Part shown: one piece after another, positions 1-7,487 of the stretch
Numbering within the stretch: the stretch's first letter is position 1
How the letters are laid out: every line of letters starts with the position of its first letter
Origin: a virus
Lineage: Duplodnaviria; Caudoviricetes
Strand: one strand, 5' to 3'
DNA: 60,616 bases
Virus record (IMG/VR): IMGVR_UViG_3300017751_000016
Coordinates: 1-60,616 of that record
Notes under the pieces: model-generated
What the model saw: only the letters and a program-made list of their open reading frames with translations
Told to the model about the DNA's origin: nothing
Database searches by the model: none
Program-made: the position numbers and the translations under genes

Positions 1-70
1 AACACTGTCGGTGCTGTTGGGAAGCGCAGATGGACAACACTAGGACGCCGTTCGAATCGGAGCAGTGTTC
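1..70 (+). tRNA. tRNA-like element with an irregular anticodon arm (pseudo-tRNA or processing element)
   Basis: AACACTG (1-7) pairs with CAGTGTT (63-69); T-arm CGCCG-TTCGAAT-CGGAG (46-62, one mismatch); D-stem GTGC/GCGC around a GG-containing loop; no canonical 5-bp/7-nt anticodon arm and no encoded CCA. Confidence 0.5.
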
Positions 71-77
71 TTCTGAT

Positions 78-254
78 GGGGCTATTCATAGATTCGACAG
101 ACAACTGAAAGCATGTGGAGAATCGACTAACGCAGAAGGTCGTTAAACTAGAAGCAAAAATATAATCGCAGCTAATGACGATTACTATGAGGGTCTACGC
201 CTAGCAGCGTAAACTTCATCGGGGTTTGAAGGAGCCTTGTTACCCAAGTCCTTC
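78..254 (+). ncRNA. ssrA: tmRNA coding piece (probably a permuted two-piece tmRNA); tag (A)AANDDYYEGLRLAA at 168-212
   Basis: 5' end GGGGCTATTCATAGATTCGACAG resembles the tmRNA 5' consensus; conserved GCATG at ~111; upstream context ATAATC-GCA before the resume codon; tag ends LAA-stop; pseudoknot 220-254 followed by a T-run; no 3' acceptor strand found downstream. Confidence 0.88.
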
Positions 255-279
255 TTTTTTTAACCAATGGAGAAAAATT

Positions 280-351
280 ATGTGGACTAAGCCAACTTAC
301 GAAAATGTACGACTCGGCTTTGAAATCACCATGTATTTCAAAACTCGTTAA
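280..351 (+). CDS. pqqA: Pyrroloquinoline quinone precursor peptide PqqA (MWTKPTYENVRLGFEITMYFKTR)
   Basis: Hand-translated 23-aa ORF with a GGAG RBS at ~269-272; W-x-K-P...R-x-GFE-x-T-M-Y signature including the ExxxY core; below the ORF track size cutoff. Confidence 0.92.
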   Translation: MWTKPTYENVRLGFEITMYFKTR

Positions 352-360
352 AATGCTAGT

Positions 361-391
361 GGGGTATGGGTTCCACCCTTAAAAACGGACC
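361..391 (+). other. Predicted H-type RNA pseudoknot upstream of the sleB-like gene
   Basis: GGGT(362-365)/ACCC(375-378) plus GGTTC(369-373)/GGACC(387-391); same architecture as the tmRNA pseudoknot at 220-254. Confidence 0.4.
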
Positions 392-410
392 TTAATTAAA
401 GGATACAATC

Positions 411-986
411 ATGTATATATTAGAAGATACGCTTGCTATGTTAGGTGCAGTTTTTGTAGTAACATCAGCAAGTATGTTTGCTTATAATGAAGATGATACG
501 CCTATAGAATTAGAAGTAATAACAACGGTTGAAGAGAATTCTTCATGGTATGATCTTGCACAAAAAAATACCGAGTGTTTAGCAACGAATATTTATTTTG
601 AAGCTCGTGGTGAGTCATACGAAGGCAAGAAGGCAGTAGCTTTTGTTACTCTGAATCGTGTAGAAAGTCCTAATTTTCCTGATACCATATGTGATGTTGT
701 TTATCAAGCTCGACACTCTCGTTGGTGGAAGACAGAAAGAGATCGTCTTGTGCCGATCAAACATCAATGTCAGTTTAGCTGGTACTGTGATGGTAAATCT
801 GATTACATCAGAAACATTCACGAGTACGAAGAGTTATACAAATTAGCGAGTGAGATTATTGTCGGTAAGCATAGCGACAACACAGGCGGCGCTGATTACT
901 ATCACTCAACAAAAGTCAAGCCTGATTGGCGATTAGCATTTACAAGAACGACTAAAATAGATAAACATATATTTTATGCTGAATAA
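411..986 (+). CDS. SleB-like cell wall hydrolase (Hydrolase_2 family)
   Basis: CLATNIYFEARGES, VTLNRV..FPDTICDVVYQ, CQFSWYCDGK, GADYYH, IDKHIFY motifs; hydrophobic N-terminus. Confidence 0.9.
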   Translation: MYILEDTLAMLGAVFVVTSASMFAYNEDDTPIELEVITTVEENSSWYDLAQKNTECLATNIYFEARGESYEGKKAVAFVTLNRVESPNFPDTICDVVYQARHSRWWKTERDRLVPIKHQCQFSWYCDGKSDYIRNIHEYEELYKLASEIIVGKHSDNTGGADYYHSTKVKPDWRLAFTRTTKIDKHIFYAE

Positions 987-1653
987 TAATTTTTTATGTA
1001 ATTGGTGCGAAGGGACTGAATGGAATAATCCTGACAATGTACCAGAAGACAAATGGCCATTGGCTCAATTTGGATTAGTAGACCTGTCTACTATAGAATG
1101 TGCAAGTTGTGGAAGTAAGCCAAGACAGAGATGCTTAAAACAAACACTCGACCAGAATCGAACAACTGAATGGCAACAATACAAAACACTACAACTCAGT
1201 CCTGATTTGTTGCCGATCATCTCTCACTGGTTCAATGAGTTTGAGGTATCTGAATATAACGGTGAAAATAGTATAGATTTAGAAGATGCTAACCGACTTG
1301 ATAACACATATGATCTTATTTCCTGCATACACATATTGGAACATATAAAAAATGATACTGTTGCAATTGAAGAATTAATTCGTATATTAAAGCCGGGCGG
1401 GCAAGTGTATATAATGGTACCACAGCCTGCACTGCCATCGAATGCAATCACTAGAGACTGGGGTTATCCAGATGAAAATGATTACGGGCATTATAGAATT
1501 TACGGAAGAGATTTTAAAGATAAATTGATAAGTATTACTAAAGCTACTGCTAAACTGGATGTGTTTGAAAAAATAGATTCTTTTACATCGAAAAAAGAAT
1601 TAATTTATGTGTTGACTAAAAATGTGTTGACATCGACCTCTGATACTGTATAA
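976..1653 (+). CDS. SAM-dependent methyltransferase with N-terminal CxxC...CxxC
   Basis: YDLISCIHILEHI, ELIRILKPGG, DYGHYRIYGRDF motifs of Methyltransf_11-type enzymes often found in glycan loci. Confidence 0.75.
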   Translation: MLNNNFLCNWCEGTEWNNPDNVPEDKWPLAQFGLVDLSTIECASCGSKPRQRCLKQTLDQNRTTEWQQYKTLQLSPDLLPIISHWFNEFEVSEYNGENSIDLEDANRLDNTYDLISCIHILEHIKNDTVAIEELIRILKPGGQVYIMVPQPALPSNAITRDWGYPDENDYGHYRIYGRDFKDKLISITKATAKLDVFEKIDSFTSKKELIYVLTKNVLTSTSDTV

Positions 1654-1654
1654 T
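1627..1654 (+). promoter_or_regulatory. Sigma70-type promoter for the epimerase-gp33-gp59 genes
   Basis: TTGACA-N16-TATAAT just before ATG 1662. Confidence 0.7.
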
Positions 1655-1661
1655 ATAATAT

Positions 1662-2525
1662 ATGAATGAAGAAAATATAGACGCAAGAATAGTAGTTACA
1701 GGTGGTTGTGGATTCATAGGATCTCACCTAGTGTATCGTCTTGCTGAGATTGGATTTGATGTCACTGTTGTAGATGATATGCGACAAGGAGATTATGTAT
1801 TTGATCTTCCCAATGTCAGATATATCTTTGAAGATGTTGCTTGGTGTGATCTTACTGAACGAATGCCACGACCTCTTGCTATCATACATTTAGCAAACAG
1901 TCCTAGAGTTCGCAGATCACTTGAAGAGCCAAGAGACACTATTGACAATAACATCACCACAACTACGGCTGTGTGTGATTGGGCAAGACACTGGCAGACA
2001 TTCTTGTTCTTTGCGACATCTTCTAGCACACAGTATAAAGAATCGGTTAATCCTTACACATGGAGCAAAGCAGCGTGTGAAGGTATTTTAGATTTGTATG
2101 AAGAACTTTATGATTTAAAGTTTATGAAAATGTTCTTCTACAATGTGTATGGACCAGGAGAAGCAGACTATGGTCCATACAGTACAGTAATAAGAAAGTT
2201 TAAGAAAGACTATTTGGCGGGTGATTCTCTCACTATTTTCGGCAACGGAAGCAAAGAAAGAGACTTCACTCATGTAGATGATGTTGTACAAGGCATACTG
2301 CAACTGTTAGTAGATGAAAGACACCTGAAAGAAGTACACTTCGGTAAAGGTGATCCCAAGACTATAATATCAATTGCTCAAGCATTTAACACTTCAATCG
2401 TTCACAGTTTTGATAAACCAGGTGAAGCGCAGACTACTATCTGTAAAACACCTTACATAGAATGTCCTAATGATGTCCTCAGTTACATAGATAATTGGGT
2501 GAAGGAGAACAAGATTGACAATTAG
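1662..2525 (+). CDS. NAD-dependent nucleotide-sugar epimerase/dehydratase (extended SDR)
   Basis: VTGGCGFIGSHL, YxxxK (YTWSK), FYNVYGPG, RDFTHVDDVV. Confidence 0.9.
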   Translation: MNEENIDARIVVTGGCGFIGSHLVYRLAEIGFDVTVVDDMRQGDYVFDLPNVRYIFEDVAWCDLTERMPRPLAIIHLANSPRVRRSLEEPRDTIDNNITTTTAVCDWARHWQTFLFFATSSSTQYKESVNPYTWSKAACEGILDLYEELYDLKFMKMFFYNVYGPGEADYGPYSTVIRKFKKDYLAGDSLTIFGNGSKERDFTHVDDVVQGILQLLVDERHLKEVHFGKGDPKTIISIAQAFNTSIVHSFDKPGEAQTTICKTPYIECPNDVLSYIDNWVKENKIDN

Positions 2526-2805
2526 AGTAGTAAACGAATTTATGGCAAACTCAGAAAAACTTACAGATGTTTTTATCATCACAAAAAAATTCAATACGGC
2601 CGCTGAATTCTCACAGCACATTGAACGCAAAGCAATTCATACGAAATCGTCCTGTATTGACGTTCTTATTGAATATTGTACAAAAAATGATGTTGAAATC
2701 GAAAGTGCCAATAAGTTAATTAGTACCAGTCTCAAAGAAAAGATACAAGCAGAAGCGCAAGAACTCAATCTTCTTAAGGTAAAATCTAATAAACTACCCT
2801 TTTAA
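2515..2805 (+). CDS. gp33: Late promoter transcription coactivator gp33
   Basis: FSQHIE...IDVLIEYC.KNDVEIE...LKEKIQAEAQELNLLK pattern; position before gp59 and gp32; TTG start with GGAG RBS (ATG alternative at 2542). Confidence 0.85.
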   Translation: MTIRVVNEFMANSEKLTDVFIITKKFNTAAEFSQHIERKAIHTKSSCIDVLIEYCTKNDVEIESANKLISTSLKEKIQAEAQELNLLKVKSNKLPF

Positions 2806-2806
2806 T

Positions 2807-3406
2807 ATGGAACCATTTGAAGTTTTTAGAATATATCTGTCTTTAAAGTTGCATTTTACAACTAAAGAGTATGATATCACGCAAACAAAAGGCGCTGTTA
2901 GAGGCAAGAAGGAAACTTTTTTAAAAAGAAAAGACCTTACCTCTATCCGCAAATTGGCGAGAGACTACACTAAAGAACAAATTATAGACATTCTTGTTGC
3001 CAATTTTTCACAGGGTGATAGATGGGGTGGAATATTTGATTCATCTTGTCTAGAAACTTATAAAAAGTGGTTGACAAACAAGCGCAAAATGTTGTATAAT
3101 TTTAATAATGATCTTGATTTAATTCTTACTAGAATGGAAAAAGAAGAAATCAAATCAGCAATATCAGAAGGCACACATCCTTTAATTTTTAGAATGTATA
3201 TGGGTCGTGAAATAAGTTTGGACAGCATGGTAATGATAGAAAAGCTTAGACCCTTTGTTGAAGAATATTATGATGATTTTGTCTTACAGGATATATGTCT
3301 TTTGATATTAAAGTATAAACCCTTTATCAAATTTGATAAAGATAAAATTAACGCTAAACACATGGAGCAACTAAATTTAGTTTACGGCGATGAGCAAATC
3401 AAATAA
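2807..3406 (+). CDS. gp59: Helicase loader gp59
   Basis: YLSLKLHFT...YD, F.KRKD, VANF, KYKPF motifs; synteny. Confidence 0.88.
   Translation: MEPFEVFRIYLSLKLHFTTKEYDITQTKGAVRGKKETFLKRKDLTSIRKLARDYTKEQIIDILVANFSQGDRWGGIFDSSCLETYKKWLTNKRKMLYNFNNDLDLILTRMEKEEIKSAISEGTHPLIFRMYMGREISLDSMVMIEKLRPFVEEYYDDFVLQDICLLILKYKPFIKFDKDKINAKHMEQLNLVYGDEQIK
3071..3100 (+). promoter_or_regulatory. Sigma70-type promoter inside gp59, facing gp32
   Basis: TTGACA-N18-TATAAT. Confidence 0.55.
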
Positions 3407-3542
3407 GTTTAGACCGCAAGAAAAACGCATCAAGCGTGTAGGGAAAAAGCCTGGCAAGAATATTGACAGGGAATTAAAGAATATAAATAAGATTGATACA
3501 TCAAAGCTGGACGATGTGTTTGAAAATTTATATACGAAGTAA
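3390..3542 (+). CDS. Small basic hypothetical protein (50 aa) between gp59 and gp32
   Basis: Hand-translated MSKSNKFRPQEKRIKRVGKKPGKNIDRELKN...LYTK; fills the gap on the coding strand. Confidence 0.6.
   Translation: MSKSNKFRPQEKRIKRVGKKPGKNIDRELKNINKIDTSKLDDVFENLYTK
3482..3489 (+). promoter_or_regulatory. T4-type late promoter upstream of gp32
   Basis: TATAAATA. Confidence 0.55.
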
Positions 3543-3584
3543 TACAACGCAATATAACGCAATACAATCTATACAACGCATACT
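3541..3584 (+). promoter_or_regulatory. Repetitive unstructured leader, putative gp32 autogenous translational operator
   Basis: About four copies of AATACAACGC-like units directly before the GGAG RBS of gp32. Confidence 0.55.
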
Positions 3585-3596
3585 AGGAGAAAATAT

Positions 3597-4514
3597 ATGT
3601 CGTTTAATTCACTATCCGATCTACGCAAGGCCCGTGGCAACTTCGATTCACTTATGAAAGAAGTTGAAAAACTTGATACACCTCAGCAAAGCAATCGAGG
3701 CGATGATCGAGAATGGAAACCTACGGTAGACCAAGCAGGTAATGGCTATGCTGTTATTCGCTTTCTTCCTGCACCACAAGGCGAAGATATGCCTTGGTCA
3801 CAACTTTGGAATCACGGATTTCAAGGACCATCTGGTAAGTGGTACATCGAAAACTCACTTACTACACTCAAGCAAACTGACCCTGTATCAGAACTCAATT
3901 CAGAGCTTTGGAACAGCGGTGTAGAAGCTAACAAAGAAGTTGCTCGTAAGCAGAAGCGCCGACTATCATATTACGCTAACATTCTTGTAGTAGAGGATTC
4001 TGGCAATCCTGCTAACAACGGCAAAGTGTTCTTGTACAAGTTTGGCAAGAAAATCTTTGACAAAATCAAAGACGCTATGCAGCCCGAGTTTCAAGACGAA
4101 GATCCAATGAATCCTTTTGACTTCTGGGATGGTGCTAACTTCAAGCTGAAGATTCGTCAAGTAGAAGGCTATCGCAACTACGACAAGTCTGAGTTCTCGG
4201 CAGTTAGTCCTGTGTCTGACTCTGATGAAGAGATTGAAGCAATCTGGAACAAGCAGCATTCACTTGCTGAAATCATTGCTCCTTCTAACTTCAAGTCGTA
4301 TGATGAACTGAAGAAGAAGCTTGACTTTGTTCTTGGATCAGCATCACGAGTAGGCACAGCAGAAAGCATTTCAGCTACTACTGGCGACTTGGCAGACGAT
4401 GCGTTTCTAAAGGATGTTACGACAGCGGTTGAAAGCAGACAACAAACTGCGATTGATACAGATGACACCGATGACACCATGTCATACTTTGCTAAACTAG
4501 CACAAGATGACTAG
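3597..4514 (+). CDS. gp32: Single-stranded DNA-binding protein gp32
   Basis: GNGYAVIRFLPAP, HGFQGP.GKWYIENSLTT, FDFWDGANFKLKIR.VEGYRNYDKSEF; acidic tail ending YFAKLAQDD. Confidence 0.97.
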   Translation: MSFNSLSDLRKARGNFDSLMKEVEKLDTPQQSNRGDDREWKPTVDQAGNGYAVIRFLPAPQGEDMPWSQLWNHGFQGPSGKWYIENSLTTLKQTDPVSELNSELWNSGVEANKEVARKQKRRLSYYANILVVEDSGNPANNGKVFLYKFGKKIFDKIKDAMQPEFQDEDPMNPFDFWDGANFKLKIRQVEGYRNYDKSEFSAVSPVSDSDEEIEAIWNKQHSLAEIIAPSNFKSYDELKKKLDFVLGSASRVGTAESISATTGDLADDAFLKDVTTAVESRQQTAIDTDDTDDTMSYFAKLAQDD

Positions 4515-4531
4515 TCAATAGTCTGTAATAG

Positions 4532-4555
4532 AAAAAGGGGCTTTGCCCCTTTTTT
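4532..4555. terminator. Bidirectional intrinsic terminator between convergent gp32 and gp29-like genes
   Basis: AAAAGGGGC-TTT-GCCCCTTTTTT. Confidence 0.85.
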
Positions 4556-4556
4556 G

Positions 4557-6587
4557 TTATCTAGTTCCATTCGATTTGAATTGTGCCAACGAACTGCTGT
4601 TTTCTCTACTTGAAGAAGGATTTACGATTATTGGTTGTTGACTTCCACCACCTCCACCACTCGTATTGTTATTTGTAGTATTGTAAATATTTGTAATATT
4701 ATTTGTAGTAGCATTTCCAGCAGCATCAGTCATATTTGCAACAGCATCCGCAGTTGGTGTAACCGAAACTTGCGCTTCCTGTGAATTTGGCATAATTTCA
4801 GCTGAGGTTTGATTTACAGGAGGCTTTTCTGTGACTCCAAATCTAGATTCATCAGCTTGATTGAAAGCCGAACTTTGTACACTTGGAGCAACAGTAGTAG
4901 AATCTCCACCGCCGTCTAGCTGGCTAAGTCTTTCTAATACTCGGTTAGTATCTTTTTCTGATAGATCATCGTCAGCAAGTATAGCATTTAGTTGAGCCGT
5001 GTCAGAAGTTTCTTTAAGTATATCAGGATTAATTTTACTTTTTCCTACCCAGTTCTTGTTGTACAATCCACTGTCTTCTGCTGCTTCTAGTGCGGCTTCA
5101 CCTGATGTAGTCGTGGCTGCATCACCTATCATTTCTCCAGCTTTATTTCCCATAAAATAACCTGCTACACCACCAATAGCACCACCTACTACTCCGCCGA
5201 TAACTGTGCCAACTCCAGGAACAATTGATCCCAAAGCAGCGCCCATAGTAGCACCGGTAGATCCCATTGCTAAAGAACCAGCAAGCCCACCAGTCGCTGC
5301 CGTCACTGCTTCTACTTTACCCGAAGTTTCATCTTGCTCCGTGAACATCTGACCAGTTTCTTCATTTATTGCACCAGATTCAACCAGCTGATCGGCTGCG
5401 TTGTAATCTTGGTATCCCTCATACACAGAACCTGCTACTGCTAATGGTATTGCTGCCTTACTTGCAATTCTTCCTACACCACCTAGAACTTTACTGGTAG
5501 TACTGGCGCTACGAGCAACATCGTCAGCTACGTTTGTTGCTTGTATAGCAGGAAAGCCTCTAGATGCGTTTATTTTGTTTATTCTAGAGTTCTTCGCTGC
5601 GCCCTGTAATGGCTTGCCGTTTATATCTAGAAGATCGTCAGGCGAAATGGCAGGTGTCTTTCCTGTAATTCTGCTTCTCATTCTCTGAAAAAGATTTGCT
5701 TTTTTTGGACCTCCTGTCATTCCAGGAAGAAAAGATGGTAATCCAAAACCACCACCACTATCTTCTGACATCTTTTTCAATTCTGCTAAAATTTGCTCAA
5801 GAAGTTCTACTTTTTTATTATCTAGGGATTCTCTATCAATACCAGAAACAAACGTGTTGCCCCCTTCTGCATTCTTTTCAATTGCTGATGAAGATGGAGT
5901 ATCGGCTTCTGTTGGTGTAACTCCAAGCTGTTCTACCGAGTTAGCCATTCCACCGATCTGTGCCTTATTCTCCTGTTCAGTTTCTACATCTTCTTTTTGC
6001 CTCTTTATGACAGTATTCGCAGAAGGTTTTAAGCCAAACATTTTTTCCATAGTAAATGCTTGTTTAAAGGAATCTTTGAATCCAAGACCCTCGTCTGTTT
6101 TCATCAATTTTCGCCATGCGGTGCCACCTACACTTCCTCGACCTACATCACTGGCTAAAGTCTTTTGAGCTTTATCTAAACCAAATTTTTCTACTAGTTC
6201 ATCACCTTGATCGCCGGCAGCACTTCTTATTCTTTCTACTTGTTTTATTAAGTCTTTGATGGCAGCTACGCTTGCTTTGCCTGTTTGTTGCTGCGCCGCT
6301 GCCATTTTTTTCATGAGAGACGCCAATTCTTTCTTTGTTTCATCGCCCTGGTTTTCAATTATGTTTTGTATATCTATTGTATTTTTGCCTAAGCTTTTGG
6401 CGATATCAGAAGAGACCTGAGAAATTTTATTTGTTTTTATTCCTGCTGACCTGCCCACATTCATTGCCGATCTAATATTAGTACTAAGTGCCTCTGCACC
6501 ATCACTAGTAAAGCGACCAGTTGTCGTGTCTCTTACTGACCCGCCGTTAAAACTTGGGTCTAGTACATTTTTAGATACTCTAAGCAT
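4557..6587 (-). CDS. Baseplate hub / tail length determinator (gp29-like tape measure)
   Basis: Helical N-half, Gly-zipper GAALGSIVPGVGTVIGGVVGGAIGG, Asn/Thr-rich C-terminus; directly downstream of gp26-gp51. Confidence 0.7.
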   Translation of the reverse strand: MLRVSKNVLDPSFNGGSVRDTTTGRFTSDGAEALSTNIRSAMNVGRSAGIKTNKISQVSSDIAKSLGKNTIDIQNIIENQGDETKKELASLMKKMAAAQQQTGKASVAAIKDLIKQVERIRSAAGDQGDELVEKFGLDKAQKTLASDVGRGSVGGTAWRKLMKTDEGLGFKDSFKQAFTMEKMFGLKPSANTVIKRQKEDVETEQENKAQIGGMANSVEQLGVTPTEADTPSSSAIEKNAEGGNTFVSGIDRESLDNKKVELLEQILAELKKMSEDSGGGFGLPSFLPGMTGGPKKANLFQRMRSRITGKTPAISPDDLLDINGKPLQGAAKNSRINKINASRGFPAIQATNVADDVARSASTTSKVLGGVGRIASKAAIPLAVAGSVYEGYQDYNAADQLVESGAINEETGQMFTEQDETSGKVEAVTAATGGLAGSLAMGSTGATMGAALGSIVPGVGTVIGGVVGGAIGGVAGYFMGNKAGEMIGDAATTTSGEAALEAAEDSGLYNKNWVGKSKINPDILKETSDTAQLNAILADDDLSEKDTNRVLERLSQLDGGGDSTTVAPSVQSSAFNQADESRFGVTEKPPVNQTSAEIMPNSQEAQVSVTPTADAVANMTDAAGNATTNNITNIYNTTNNNTSGGGGGSQQPIIVNPSSSRENSSSLAQFKSNGTR

Positions 6588-6745
6588 TATTGATTACTCT
6601 TTTGTTTGTCCGCTTTTTTCTTTAAATGTGTTATTAGCATGCCAACATAAACTTCTCTTTCCCAAGGCATCATATTTTCTAACTCGGTTAAACTGTAATG
6701 ATGCTCTTGCATTAACAAAAAATTCGTTTTGTAATAATTTTCCAT
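6587..6745 (-). CDS. gp51: Baseplate hub assembly chaperone gp51 (52 aa)
   Basis: Hand-translated MENYYKTNFLLMQEHHYSLTELENMMPWEREVYVGMLITHLKKK...; YSLTELENMMPWER signature; TAATG overlap with the next gene; a different frame from the track ORF 6594..6788. Confidence 0.9.
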   Translation of the reverse strand: MENYYKTNFLLMQEHHYSLTELENMMPWEREVYVGMLITHLKKKADKQKSNQ

Positions 6746-6762
6746 CGAATCTTGAGAAAGAG

Positions 6763-7467
6763 TTAGCCGAAAAAATGTTCGTACCCATTTATCACAGTAC
6801 TATTTTTAGTATCACATTCTGTGCAGGTATAGTCAACCTTATGAATCAACGAAGGAATATTTTGAAAGAATTTGGCAGCTTCCTCGAGTACGCTTACTGG
6901 TAAACTGTCAATAAATTCTATCATTTCTTCTATAGTTTCTTCTTCTGGCTTTATAATTTCTTCGCCTTGATATACATAATCAATGGAATTTAATAATATT
7001 TCTATGTCCGTCAGTTCTTTTTCACTCATTTGAACTTCAGCAGAAGGATACTTTAACATAATTCCCGTATCTTCACTCAACTCTACTTTTTGTTCTGTAA
7101 TGTCTGGATTACCGATCACTTGAAATTCAGTTAGATCCATATCATAGTTTATTTGAGCTTCACATTTACCACAACTCAATATAAAGGATTGATTGTTTCC
7201 TATAGACTTTGACCTCAGCTGCAAAAATATCCATTGTAGCTGATACATTGCAAGACTTTTCGCCTCTATCTTTCCCAGAGAACAATTTTCTACAACTTGA
7301 CAACAAGCAGAATACATATCTGCTGTTTCTTCGGACGCTGTAGCAAGAGTTAATATTTTATTTTCTTTTACAAGAAAAGGTCTAAATTTAATTTTCCCTT
7401 TTATTCCGGGTACATCTAATTCAAAAGTTGGTACATCAATTACAGGTAATGCCATTATATTCTCCAA
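6763..7467 (-). CDS. gp26: Baseplate hub subunit/chaperone gp26 (likely start 7455, MALP)
   Basis: MALP..P.FEL..P, IKFRPFLVKE.KIL, LQLRSKSIG, two CxxC motifs, C-terminal FF. Confidence 0.9.
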   Translation of the reverse strand: MENIMALPVIDVPTFELDVPGIKGKIKFRPFLVKENKILTLATASEETADMYSACCQVVENCSLGKIEAKSLAMYQLQWIFLQLRSKSIGNNQSFILSCGKCEAQINYDMDLTEFQVIGNPDITEQKVELSEDTGIMLKYPSAEVQMSEKELTDIEILLNSIDYVYQGEEIIKPEEETIEEMIEFIDSLPVSVLEEAAKFFQNIPSLIHKVDYTCTECDTKNSTVINGYEHFFG

Positions 7468-7487
7468 TAGTAGTATAATATATTATT

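Noticed and set aside
352-410. Glutamine riboswitch upstream of the SleB-like gene, as reported for some marine phages
   Set aside because: I could not match the glnA or downstream-peptide consensus by eye; only a small pseudoknot is supportable, and an Rfam scan is needed
6594-6788. Track ORF of 64 aa (MGTNIFSANSF...) between gp26 and the gp29-like gene
   Set aside because: Wrong frame; the recognisable gp51 (YSLTELENMMPWER) is in another frame at 6587..6745
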